This document shows positions 28,444 to 42,000 of a stretch of 64,000 bases of DNA, in pieces. Source of the stretch: Eledone cirrhosa. Lineage: Eukaryota. The translations under genes were made by a program, and so were the position numbers. How positions within the stretch are numbered: the stretch's first letter is position 1; every line of letters starts with the position of its first letter. Location of the stretch: contig OZ024755.1 of the NCBI GenBank assembly GCA_964016885.1, forward strand, positions 39,184,001 through 39,248,000, read 5' to 3'. A model generated the notes under the pieces. The model saw only the letters and a list, made by a program, of their open reading frames with translations, was not told the origin of the DNA and did no database searches.

Positions 28444-28448
<5 letters not shown>
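26044..28448 (-). mobile_element. Truncated Penelope-like element framed by ~460-bp inverted repeats
   Basis: 26044-26503 is the reverse complement of 27950-28410. Each arm has an internal ~105-110-bp duplication and a degenerate hammerhead (28254-28294). A GIY-YIG fragment lies between (TG)n and (CA)n tracts. Confidence 0.75.
27244..27866 (-). pseudogene. Penelope-like retroelement C-terminal region with GIY-YIG endonuclease (5' truncated, C-terminal frameshift)
   Basis: KCDRPNCGIC linker; FTCASENLIYVLTCSGCREQYIGQTKNSLRQRMTVHRSQI...PLSEHI (GIY-YIG with CCHH pattern). Confidence 0.9.
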
Positions 28449-28478
<30 letters not shown>

Positions 28479-28481
<3 letters not shown>

Positions 28482-28778
28482 GAAGTTATATTTAATTTGT
28501 TGGGATACAATAAGCAAATATTTTTATAACTGATATAAAGCACTCAACGAATTTTTGGAGTAAAAATACAAAGAATACAAAAAATACAAAGAATGCGACC
28601 ATGAGCTTCCAACCGACATGGTCGCATTCTTTAAGGGTATGTCAATATTTGTTTATAAAACTGATCTATATTATATTTTATCTGATGAAAGCGCACCATA
28701 ATTTGCTTTGGTGTCCTTGAAATATGTATAATGAAATAAATATGGTTTTATAAATATAGTTTCCATTTGTTAATATAT

Positions 28779-28782
<4 letters not shown>
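28479..28782. mobile_element. Family G mini-element, diverged copy with hammerhead at 28674-28738 (+)
   Basis: CTGATGA-aagcgcacca...tggtgtcctt-GAAA-tatgtata; tail inverted at 28479-28568. Confidence 0.75.
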
Positions 28783-28815
<33 letters not shown>

Positions 28816-28818
<3 letters not shown>

Positions 28819-28988
28819 CTTTCACCGTAATTTTGACTGATGAAATTTAGCTTTATAGTGGGTTTAAAACTTTCTGGAAATGTAAAAGAATGAGTATCGA
28901 CATCAATAATCATCGTGTTCAATTTTTAGAAACTTTTAAATCCCACTATAAGGCAAAATTTCATCAGTCAAAAATACGGTAAAAGCTT
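28816..28988. mobile_element. TA-abutting fold-back with ~65-bp imperfect arms
   Basis: aagctttcaccgtaattttgactgatgaaattt... vs ...aaatttcatcagtcaaaaatacggtaaaagctt; followed by a 28-bp palindrome near 28998-29025. Confidence 0.6.
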
Positions 28989-29077
28989 CTATTTCTACTA
29001 AATTTCAAACTTGTTTGAAATTTAGTATACATACATAAATTTATTATACATACATTTAGTATAAATACATACATATA

Positions 29078-29628
29078 ATATGGGACAGGGAGAAGAAAGC
29101 ATGCACAGTAGTGGAAATTAGCTGCCCAGCAGATGCCATAAATATCAAAGATTAGAGAAAAGGAGAATATTTATGCAGAACTGATGAGTAATCTGCAGAT
29201 ACTCCACCCTGATTACACCTTCAGATTTATGCCTGTGATTATTGGGGCACTGGGGTATGTTAGTAACTGCCTCAATACAAATTTTGAGAAGCTAGGCTTC
29301 ACAGGAACAGAAAGAACACAACTAGTTAGGAAATTACAAGTACAATCCATTAATGGAACAGTAAAAGTATTTAAAACATTCCAACAATAATTGCATCTAA
29401 TAACTGCATATACACATGTACAGATACAAAGCATATACACATGCACACATACAACTCAAAACATCCACATCCACACAACAATAACATCCATATCTACACA
29501 TGCAGACATGCATACATATCTACCTAGTTGATGTTGTGTAAATTCCAATGAGAGAGTCTCGTGTCTATCTTAGAAACCGACTCTCTCTCTATTGGTAAAA
29601 ATTTGTGAAATTATAAAACCAGAAGAAC
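29078..29628 (+). mobile_element. Dong/R4-like REL retrotransposon 3' fragment in (TACA)n
   Basis: Nearly identical to the reverse complement of ~50467-51018 (WDREKKACTVVEISCP... plus 3' UTR). Confidence 0.9.
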
Positions 29629-30023
29629 ATACATACATACACACATACATACATAATAAGAATATTATCCAACTTCACAACGTTATGTCAGCTATCATAC
29701 AAACAACCTTCAGGCGTTAGTGTTTAAAAATGGCTGATTTATAAATTAGATATCAGTTTGAATAAACTAAGGTGAGAAAATTACTGAGCTGATGTTAATA
29801 GGTATTAGGTCAAGTAAAAGGATCTGATCTTACGTAATTAAAACATTTAAAATTGTAAATTATAGATATATGTCATTTAATAGTTTATTTCATCATTATC
29901 CTTTCTGGTGGAGTGAAGTTTTGGATCTGTATCGGATGTCATATTTTATGTTTCAAAATTCGATTTAATACTAGTTCGAGGTTTGCTATTTTCAGTCTCT
30001 CGAATGAAATCGTACCCCACCCC

Positions 30024-30078
<55 letters not shown>

Positions 30079-30175
30079 ATGTGTATATATACATATATAT
30101 ATATACACATATACATATATACACACACTCATATATATATATATATACATTTTATATATATATACACGCACACAC

Positions 30176-30403
<228 letters not shown>

Positions 30404-30443
30404 CATTTTATATATATATATATATATTTTATATATATATATT

Positions 30444-30475
<32 letters not shown>

Positions 30476-30570
30476 CACACACACATATATATATATACAC
30501 ACACACATATACATTTTATATATATATATATATATTTTATATATATATATATTTGTATATATAAATATAT

Positions 30571-30657
<87 letters not shown>

Positions 30658-30915
30658 TACACACACATATATATATAGAGAGAGATTTTATATATATATA
30701 GAGAGATTTTATATATATATATATATATAAATTTTATATATATATATATTTATACATATATATACATATATATACATATATATATATAAATATATTTTTT
30801 ACTCTTTATCCTGTATTTTCCGTTTGCTTCAGGTTAAATCTGTCAAACCAACCTGCTATCTCTACCCTCGTAAATTTTGAACACACAATTTTCTGAGTTT
30901 ATTATTACATATTAA

Positions 30916-30947
<32 letters not shown>

Positions 30948-31137
30948 ATATATATACATATATATATAGTAATAATAATAAATTTGAAGACTAAAATCCA
31001 AAGAGGGCTCGATAAGGATAAATATATATCAAATATATAAGAACCGTAGAGCAAATTTCTGTAGTTTCAGAAGATCCCGCTGAGAGTGAATGCAGCGATT
31101 CTTTGCTTAAACTTTAATCTGTTATTTTAATAAATAA

Positions 31138-31249
<112 letters not shown>

Positions 31250-31359
31250 TTATATATTCTTCCTAGACGCTCATTCCACCAGTTGCTGGCTACGCATAAA
31301 CATGAGATATTGTTCACCCCAAAGTTCGAACACCAACAGCAGAGTTTAAAGATCAAAGG

Positions 31360-31800
31360 TCAAGTCTAGATGACATTATCAACCCAGCTTATCCCTTACT
31401 CTCTCTTACCGGCTAACTTTCCTTCTGGCCATAACATACTCTACCACGAGCTGATCTGTTGATATAACCATATAGTTTAAATACTCTTGATTTATAACTG
31501 ATGTGATTGGTTTAAGTTTGGTAATGTTGAGTAGCTCATTGATAGAGATATGGTGGCGAAGTCATTTGTTAGTCATAAGTCTGATGGTGCGGTTTTGGAG
31601 TGTAGAGAGAGCTTCTGAAGTGAACATAATCAAGACCATATAACACACCTGGTAGAAGATCCTATCTTAGCCTTCAAATCGTAAGAGACTCATTTTGATG
31701 TTAGTTGTTCTCTGTTCCTGTTGAAAGCTGCCCAACCCAGAGCGATGCGATACTGCACAGCGACCATTCCAATATTATTTGATGATAGCTTCTCACCAAG
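31360..31800 (-). mobile_element. Degenerate RTE-like LINE fragment
   Basis: Manual translation across frameshifts: ISINELLNITKLKPITSVI...KLYGYINR...EGKLAGKR...WVDNV. Confidence 0.5.
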
Positions 31801-31856
31801 TTATACAAACTCCGTAACTTGACCAATTTGGTGGTTTTAGATTGTGAGTTGGGGAT

Positions 31857-31918
<62 letters not shown>

Positions 31919-32164
31919 TTTGAACGATTTTACTTAGCATCGATCATTACGTACGCTTCGCAGAAGATTGGCTCAAGGTTCGTTTGGGTGTGATGGACTT
32001 TCACTCTGTTATACCTCATATGGGTATTAAATCTAGTAATCAACAAATCAACTATATATATATATATACACATACACACACGCACACACACACACGCGCA
32101 CGCACACACACACACACACACACGCACATATAAGTTTCTATACAAAACAGTGATTATAGAGAAA

Positions 32165-32632
32165 AGGTGAGATTGGAAATACCACAGAAAATACATTTAT
32201 TGGTCTGATTTTCTGTTTTATTCCTTTCTTTGATTTGTCAAAGTGACATTATTGAAAAAATGGGTTTTATAATGTTTATAACGTAATGTTTATTCATTTT
32301 ATCAAATGTTGAGTATTACAATTAAAAAATAATTAATAAGGATTCAAAACTATAAATTAAAGAGTTGAATTAAGATGAAAAAAACATACCTCATCACTTA
32401 ATTTTAAATCTTTAATCTTTAGTTTTTAATTCTTATTAATTTTTTTTAATTGTAATACTCAACATTTGATAAGATAAATTTTACTAATACATCGAAACCG
32501 ATAATACATTATATACTGCTTTATATACATTATTAAACTCTTTTTTTATAGATGTAATTTTTTTCAATAATGTAATTTTGACTAATCAAAGAAATGGAAA
32601 AAAAGAAAAACACACCCATAAATATATTTTCA
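32165..32632. mobile_element. Old degenerate fold-back, family E
   Basis: Diverged inverted arms centred near 32385; right arm similar to 5920-6090, including TTGATAA...CGAAACCG. Confidence 0.65.
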
Positions 32633-32634
32633 GT

Positions 32635-32721
<87 letters not shown>

Positions 32722-32730
32722 ATATAATAT

Positions 32731-33214
32731 ACTAGCTGAGTAGCCCGTCGTTGCCGGGCAATAATCCCAATAGTATGCCTTTATTTCAATTTTCTTTTTA
32801 CTCCATGTCTTCCCTGAAGGATGATAACAATCGGTCCCTTTCTATCTACAGGAAGTTTTCCATCCTCAAGCATTAATAGATTCTGGGCGAACTGTTCTGA
32901 TTGTTCGCCTTTACCAAACTATGCTCTCGTGTTTGTAGCGACCTTGAAAACCATCACCAGAAGATATTTGAACCAGAATGAGAAATAGTGTTAAAAATAG
33001 TTACAGAAGGGAAAATAGAGAGAGAGACAGATATATAGAGAGAGGTATTCTGACAGTTGTTGGTACTAATGATATTTTATATCGGTGTTTTGTAACAATT
33101 GCAATTTTTCATAATTAACAACCCTGAAATATTCTCATTGGGGCGCAGATTTCGAAAATGAAAAATCGATTTTCTCTAGGATGCACTGTTTCGTGTCCTT
33201 TAAGAAATATACAC

Positions 33215-33251
<37 letters not shown>

Positions 33252-33265
33252 ATTCTCATTTATAG
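32731..33265 (-). mobile_element. Short non-autonomous Helitron-like element
   Basis: 3' hairpin gcccggcaacgacgggc followed by CTAGT on - strand; 5' boundary uncertain. Confidence 0.55.
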
Positions 33266-33299
33266 TACCCTTCCTATTTTGATCATGCCTTTATTTTTA

Positions 33300-33512
33300 A
33301 TTTCATTTGCACCGTTTCCTCTCACCCCCTTTTTGCTATATGTCTCTCCACCACTCCCCTACACACCCTTTGAACTCTCTTCTCACACACTTTTCACCTG
33401 AAGAAGGGCTTATGCTCGAAACGTCGTTCCCCACCACCACCCTACTCTCAAGAGCGTGAAATTAATAAACCTTTGTTCGTACTGCCTCTCTGTTTTGTTC
33501 CCGTTCAATTTT

Positions 33513-33518
<6 letters not shown>
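33300..33518 (+). mobile_element. Family H mini-element with hammerhead at 33396-33427
   Basis: CTGAAGAagggcttatgctcGAAACGTC; homolog of 8297-8503. Confidence 0.75.
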
Positions 33519-33579
<61 letters not shown>

Positions 33580-33581
<2 letters not shown>

Positions 33582-33825
33582 TTCGTTTATGAATTTGTTT
33601 TGCAAGATTTCTTATCTGAAAACGTGTGTTGAAACAGATATTGTTATACTTTGGGAGGGTCATGCTGTCAACAAAAGTTCTTTGACAATATATAAATATC
33701 CATCCGGTTATCGAACCAATCAACCAACCAACCAAACAACCAGAAATTTATAATAAATTGAAGTGAAAACCAACAGGAGCGTGTGGTATTATTGGCAGCA
33801 TGACCCTACCAAAGTATAACAAAAT
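33580..33825. mobile_element. Family D mini-element with internal inversion
   Basis: ttgttatactttgggagggtcatgctgtcaa (33641) is inverted against ttggcagcatgaccctaccaaagtataacaa (33793). Confidence 0.65.
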
Positions 33826-33844
33826 ATATATATATATAATACAA

Positions 33845-34378
<534 letters not shown>

Positions 34379-34391
34379 ATATATATATATA

Positions 34392-34715
34392 TATAAAATA
34401 AAGTTAAATAAAAGTCAAATGATTAAAATTTAGCTTCGTTTATTACTGCTATATATATTTCAGTGACAGCCATCTTTGGCTGTGACCTCTTCAGGCAGTT
34501 TGAATTAGTATGGTATAGACAAGTACATATGTTGTTTAGGTGTATAATATTGTCAATACTCTGATATGCCCAGTTCCTTGTTGGGTTGTTAATTCACTGA
34601 GGAACTTTTATTTAACTTTATTTTACACTACTCCGGAGTAACCAAACCAACCTGCGCACTCGTCGAGTGCTCCAGCCTGCATACTAAGGTGTTGGTATAC
34701 AACCAACATAAACTA
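34392..34715. mobile_element. Family A mini-element (hammerhead on - strand at ~34445-34499)
   Basis: Homologous to 71-437 and 55729-55973. Confidence 0.8.
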
Positions 34716-34764
<49 letters not shown>

Positions 34765-34785
34765 TAGACAGACAAAGAGAGATAT

Positions 34786-37000
34786 ATTTCTTTATTAGCC
34801 ACAAGGGCACAAAAGAAGGGGACAAATACAAATGGGGAGTTTACATACAGGTATATGAAAATAAAACTATTAATACAATAACAAATAACAATTGAAATCC
34901 CTAATAGGAGGGAGGTGTTACACAGGGGTTGTACACACCCCGAAAAAATGTACAACCCTCATCTCCAGGAGCACCAAGAGTGAGTACTCCCTTCCTCTCT
35001 TCCTCTTTTTCTTCAACCTACAGGCTTATATAGAGAGAAGGTCCAACCACTCGGGCCATCTTTGCCACATTCACCCACCTTTTATAAAATTTGCTGGGGT
35101 ACAGCACCTCTCTCTCCATCCTGATTCTTCTCCCAAAATGATATTTGAAAAAACGAATCAGTTGCTCGCCGGAGAGAAAGGTGTCTGCCCTCAGCCCTTT
35201 TAACCTCGTCCACCATATAACCTCTTTCACCATAGCCATAACACATAGGAAAACCGCCTCTCCCTCGTTTTTGAAGGAGGGTGGCGGTTTGATCATGACA
35301 ATGGATACGGTGCTCAACTAGATTGGTCCCACCCGCGACAATAGTCGTTCTACATAGCTCCACAAGTCGGTAACGCCCGGGCAGTGTACAAATGCGTGTG
35401 CGACGGTTTCCTCGTCGCGGACGCATCTCGGACAGATCTTTTTCGAAGGGTTCCTACCCGGGCGCCCGTGTCTGTAGAGCTTGTCTCGAACTGGTAGAGC
35501 TCCTCAGTAGCACTGCCAGGCGAGGGACTTTTGGAAGTTGTCCATTGGTCCCGGGCGGAAGGTCCTACCGAACAGACTGGCCAGTTCGTCCTCCTCTATG
35601 CCTAGAGTTTCTCCGAGCGTGTCGTCGCACTTGCTGCGGTCCAACCCTCTATAGAATGTCGAAGTGGAGTCTCCACTGATCGCCGGGTCCTTTTGCCAGA
35701 GTACTGTGAGCGCCTGAGCACATTCAATGTGCCAGTCGCCAAATTTCCTCGGTCTTTGCTTGACCCAGGACTGCAGCTCGGTCAGCGAGACGAGTCGTGA
35801 GAAGGCTCGCCTCACGAACGGGGCCCACACCGATTGTCTGGTGAGGAATGCGTGGAGGTGCCGCAGCCTGAGCGCGTGTTTGCACATCGTCAGCCACAGC
35901 ATCCCAGCCCTCCGTTTGAAGAGTGTTGGCAGCAGATGGATCTTCTCACCAAAGGAGCCCGTTTCTTCCAAAGGAATTGAAAGAGCGCGCGCTCCATTTT
36001 GGTGAGCATTTTGGCTGGACAAGGCACAACGGTCAAGCGGTAGTAGATGACGGACGCTATAAAAGTGTTCGCCACCTCCGCTCGACCTTTCAAGGATAGT
36101 TTGCACTCGGCCCACTTCTGGGTGAGCGCAAACACCTTGGCCGTCACCTCGTTCCAGTTCTTCTCCACCTGGAGGTCCGGACCAAATCAGACCCCGAGCA
36201 GCTTTACCGGTCCTTCCGTCCAGCGCCCGACGACGTCATCGGAAGGCATCGGTTTGCCTCTCCACGTTCTGAGTTGCAAACCGACGGATTTGTCCCGGTT
36301 CAGCTTCGCTCCTGTGAACCTTTCGTATTCATCCAGTAAGGTGCCGATCTCCCCGAATTGCGAGGTGCTCAACACCATTAGTGTCACGCCGCTTTTCGCA
36401 GTCCCGGTTCCAAAGGGATGCCCTGCAATAGCTCCAACTTCCGCAGTAGTGACTAGAGAGTCAGTACGTACAGAAGGGAGGAGAGAGGGCATCCATGTCG
36501 GATGGATCGCGTGATATGGAACGGCTCCGAGAGGTAGCCGTTCACCTTGACCCTTGAGCAGATGTTGCTGTTGTACATTGCAGCAATCCAACCCCTGAAC
36601 ACGGGACCGAAGCCTGCCGCCTCGAGCACCGCATCCAAGTAACGATGGTCAACCCTATCGAAAGCCTTAGACTGATCCAAGTTGATCAGGGCCCCACCAA
36701 AGCCAGGTTTACACCCTACCCTCTCTATGATGTATCGCATGAGGTGGAGGTTGTCGTGTATGGACCTGGTCGGGATTGCGCATGTCTGCGCTTCTCCCAC
36801 CAGGTTTTCGACGACAAGCGCCAGCCTCTTTGCCAACACCTTGGCCAAAATCTGTAACTCTGTGTTGAGCACAGTTATGGGCTGGAAGTTGCCTATGTCA
36901 TCCCCCTTGTTCTCGTCCTTCCTGACTAACGTGATTACGCCCTTGGTCACAGAACTGGGAATTCTCCCGTTCGGCTGCCAGTTGCAGTAAACCGCTTCCA
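34786..37000 (-). mobile_element. Tx1/L1-like LINE, 5'-truncated, frameshifted RT and C-terminal region
   Basis: GVITLVRK...NFQPITVLNTELQILAKVLAKRL, DQSKAFDRVDH, SIRHGCPLS, GAKLNRDKS, KLLGV, LSLKGRAEVAN; AATAAA at the 3' end; GA-rich flanks. Confidence 0.92.
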
Positions 37001-37477
37001 GGAGATCAAGAGATAGATAGATAGATATGTGCGTGTGTGTGTGTGTGTGTATATGTAATTATTGGATTTATTAAACCATGAATAAGACAACAAACAACCA
37101 AAGAAATATAATTTGCCACCACACATACTAATACAACAAACTACACCACAAATTCTATTTCTCATTGGAGGTAATTTGTACTCAGTAGAACAGCTATTTG
37201 TATATTTGGCCAACCTTAAAAGAAGTTTGGCCTACAAAATATTTAGAGTGTAGACTTGTACCGCAGAAGTATACCTATAGTTTTGGTAAAGAAACTCAAT
37301 ACGTGGCTCCTCGTTCAGCGATATGTTTATTAGGTTAATATTACCAAACAAACACAAAAAACTGGGATTACTGCGGATGTATCAACTGGACTGAAGATTC
37401 TGCAATACTATTTTCGTATTTCTTATTTGTGTACGCAGACATATGCACTCACAGTGCACCCATGCATATATATATAT

Positions 37478-37586
<109 letters not shown>

Positions 37587-37601
37587 TGTATATATATATA
37601 T

Positions 37602-37690
<89 letters not shown>

Positions 37691-37691
37691 C

Positions 37692-37722
<31 letters not shown>

Positions 37723-37795
37723 CATACATACATATATATATATACATATATATATACATACATATATATATATATATACATATATATATACATAC

Positions 37796-37829
<34 letters not shown>

Positions 37830-37920
37830 ACATATATATATACATACATATATATATATACATATATATATACATACATATATATATATATATACATACA
37901 TATATATATATATACATACA

Positions 37921-37954
<34 letters not shown>

Positions 37955-37960
37955 CATACA

Positions 37961-37998
<38 letters not shown>

Positions 37999-38107
37999 CA
38001 TACATATATATATATATATACATACATATATATATATATATACATACATATATATATATATATATACATACATATATATATATATACATACATATATATA
38101 TATATAT

Positions 38108-38140
<33 letters not shown>

Positions 38141-38162
38141 CATACATACATATATATATATA

Positions 38163-38770
38163 TGGTGGCTGCCAACTCGTTTTCGAGTACGGCCACTACT
38201 TTATATCCATGTAGGAGAACCCCTACCGATGCGCTGAACGAGTGACTTTTTAGTCCAGCCAGCGACTTGAAAACTCTGGTACAAACACTACACTTGTGAC
38301 AATTATTGACACATAGTGCTGGGCCCATGGTACCATGTGACAACAAGTGCAGAGAGATCTCCAGATATAAAGCAATGCCCGTGCCGTGAAGCTTTTATAG
38401 TGAGCAAAGGCTCTGCACAAAGCCAGTCCCACTCTCTTAACCAAGATGATATTTACCAAAAAGAAGAACAATTCAACATCACTGGATACCATCAGGGCTG
38501 CAGGTGTTATATCAGAGTTTTCCTTCTCCTAGAATTCTGCCTTGACAAAGGCTAAGGGGTCATCTCTCCCGGTGATTTTGGATGGCCATTGACGCTTAAG
38601 AGCTCCTTTTCGCTTTGACAGGTTTTGTTTTTAGTCCTGCAGGATGTCCAAAGTCACCCTCCTCACCAAGAAACCTTGGTGGGGTTGCCAGTTTAGTCGC
38701 CAACGACCCGACCATGGGACAGGTTGTACTGGGATACATGTTACCAGTAGCACCAACTGGTGACCTGACA
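38163..38770 (-). mobile_element. ~610-bp non-autonomous RTE-derived bipartite element
   Basis: 5' part has the ctaggagaaggaaaactc motif. 3' part encodes a C2H2-like remnant ([17 protein letters not shown]) and ends gcagccacca before TA/TATG repeats. Relatives at 52594, 59059, 59604, 59992. Confidence 0.7.
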
Positions 38771-38815
38771 TATATACATATACATATATATATACATAGA
38801 CATATACACATATAT

Positions 38816-38903
38816 ACACCTTATACTTGTTACCCTTTCAAGGTATAATAACTTTCTATGATGTATGTATATATATATATACACACACACATATATATAT
38901 ATG

Positions 38904-38949
<46 letters not shown>

Positions 38950-39029
38950 TGTGTGTGTGTGTGTATATATATATATACATACATCATAGAAAGTTATTAT
39001 ACCTTGAAAGGGTAACAAGTATAAGGTGT
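38816..39029. repeat. Fold-back with microsatellite centre
   Basis: acaccttatacttgttaccctttcaaggtataataactttctatgatgta is mirrored at ~38979-39029, and symmetry extends into the TA/CA repeats. Confidence 0.85.
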
Positions 39030-39042
39030 GCCCTATAAACAT

Positions 39043-42000
39043 TTCTCTCTACACCACCCTATACTTCTTTATATCTTCGTATCTCTCTACACCACCCTAT
39101 ACTTCTTTATATCTTCGTATCTCTCTACACCACCCTATACTTCTTTATATCTCCATATCTCTCTCTACACCACCCTATACTTCTTTATATCTCCCTATCT
39201 CTCTACACCACCCTATACTTCTTTATATCTTCGTATCTCTCTACACCACCCTATACTTCTTTATATCTCCATATCTCTCTCTACACCACCCTATACTTCT
39301 TTATATCTCCCTATCTCTCTACACCACCCTATACTTCTTTATATCTTCGTATCTCTCTACACCACCCTATACTTCTTTATATCTCCATATCTCTCTCTAC
39401 ACCACCCTATACTTCTTTATATCTCCCCATCTCTCTACACCACCCTATACTTCTTTATATCTCCCTATCTCTCTACACCACCCTATACTTCTTTATATCT
39501 CCATATCTCTCTCTACACCACCCTATACTTCTTTATATCTTCCTATCTCTCTACACCACCCTATACTTCTTTATATCTCCCTATCTCTCTACACCACCCT
39601 ATACTTCTTTATATCTTCCTATCTCTCTACACCACCCTATACTTCTTTATATCTTCCTATCTCTCTACACCACCCTATACTTCTTATATCTCCATATCTC
39701 TCTCTACACCACCCTATACTTCTTTATATCTTCCTATCTCTCTACACCACCCTATACTTCTTTATATCTCCCTATCTCTCTACACCACCCTATACTTCTT
39801 TATATCTTCCTATCTCTCTACACCACCCTATACTTCTTTATATCTCCCTATCTCTCTACACCACCCTATACTTCTTTATATCTCCCTATCTCTCTACACC
39901 ACCCTATACTTCTTTATATCTCCCTATCTCTCTACACCACCCTATACTTCTTTATATCTCCCTATCTCTCTACACCACCCTATACATCTTTATATCTCCC
40001 TATCTCTCTACACCACCCTATACTTCTTTATATCTCCCTATCTCTCTACACCACCCTATACTTCTTTATATCTTCGTATCTCTCTACACCACCCTATACT
40101 TCTTTATATCTCCATATCTCTCTCTACACCACCCTATACTTCTTTATATCTCCCTATCTCTCTACACCACCCTATACTTCTTTATATCTTCCTATCTCTC
40201 TACACCACCCTATACTTCTTTATATCTTCGTATCTCTCTACACCACCCTATACTTCTTTATATCTTCCTATCTCTCTACACCACCCTATACTTCTGTATA
40301 TCTTCCTAGCTCTCTATACTTCTTTATATCTCCCTATCTCTCTACACCACCCAATACTTCTTTATATCTTCGTATCTCTCTACACCACCCTATACTTCTT
40401 TATATCTCCATATCTCTCTCTACACCACCCTATACTTCTTTATATCTCCTATCTCTCTACACCACCCTATACTTCTTTATATCTTCCTATCTCTCTACAC
40501 CACCCTATACTTCTTTATATCTCCCTATCTCTCTACACCACCCTATACTTCTTTATATCTTCCTATCTCTCTACACCACCCTATACTTCTTTATATCTCC
40601 CTATCTCTCTACACCACCTTATACTTCTTTATATCTCCCTATCTCTCTACACCACCCTATACTTCTTTATATCTTCCTATCTCTCTACACCACCCTATAC
40701 TTCTTTATATCTCCCTATCTCTCTCTACACCACCCTATACTTCTTTATATCTTCCTATCTCTCTACACCACCCTATACTTCTTTATATCTCCCTATCTCT
40801 CTCTACACCACCCTATACGTCTTTATATCTTCCTATCTCTCTACACCACCCTATACTTCTTTATATCTTCCTATCTCTCTACACCACCCTATACTTCTTT
40901 ATATCTCCCTATCTCTCTCTACACCACCCTATACTTCTTTATATCTTCCTATCTCTCTACACCACCCTATACTTCTTTATATCTCCCTATCTCTCTCTAC
41001 ACCACCCTATACTTCTTTATATCTCCCTATCTCTCTCTACACCACCCTATACTTCTTTATATCTCCCTATCTCTCTCTACACCACCCTATACTTCTTTAT
41101 ATCTTCCTATCTCTCTACACCACCCTATACTTCTTTATATCTTCCTATCTCTCTACACCACCCTATACTTCTTTATATCTCCCTATCTCTCTACACCACC
41201 CTATACTTCTTTATATCTTCCTATCTCTCTACACCACCCTATACTTCTTTATATCTCCCTATCTCTCTACACCACCCTATACTTCTTTATATCTCCCTAT
41301 CTCTCTACACCACCCTATACTTCTTTATATCTCCCTATCTCTCTACACCCCCCTATACTTCTTTATATTTCCCTATCTCTCTACACCACCCTATACATCT
41401 TTATATCTCCCTATCTCTCTACACCACCCTATACTTCTTTATATCTCCCTATCTCTCTACACCACCCTATACTTCTTTATATCTCCCTATCTCTCTACAC
41501 CACCCAATACTTCTTTATATCTTCGTATCTCTCTACACTACCCTATACTTCTTTATATCTCCATATCTCTCTCTACACCACCCTATACTTCTTTATATCT
41601 CCCTATCTCTCTACACCACCCTATACTTCTTTATATCTTCCTATCTCTCTACACCACCCTATACTTCTTTATATCTCCCTATCTCTCTACACCACCCTAT
41701 ACTTCTTTATATCTTCCTATCTCTCTACACCACCCTATACTTCTTTATATCTCCATATCTCTCTCTACACCACCCTATACTTCTTTATATCTCCCTATCT
41801 CTCTACACCACCCTATACTTCTTTATATCTTCGTATCTCTCTACACCACCCTATACTTCTTTATATCTCCATATCTCTCTCTACACCACCCTATACTTCT
41901 TTATATCTCCCCATCTCTCTACACCACCCTATACTTCTTTATATCTTCCTATCTCTCTACACCACCCTATACTTCTTTATATCTCCATATCTCTCTCTAC

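Noticed and set aside
29545-29595. CCAATGA...GAAAC in the Dong-like 3' UTR as a hammerhead
   Set aside because: The core lacks G5 and the pairing pattern is one long stem-loop, not a three-way junction.
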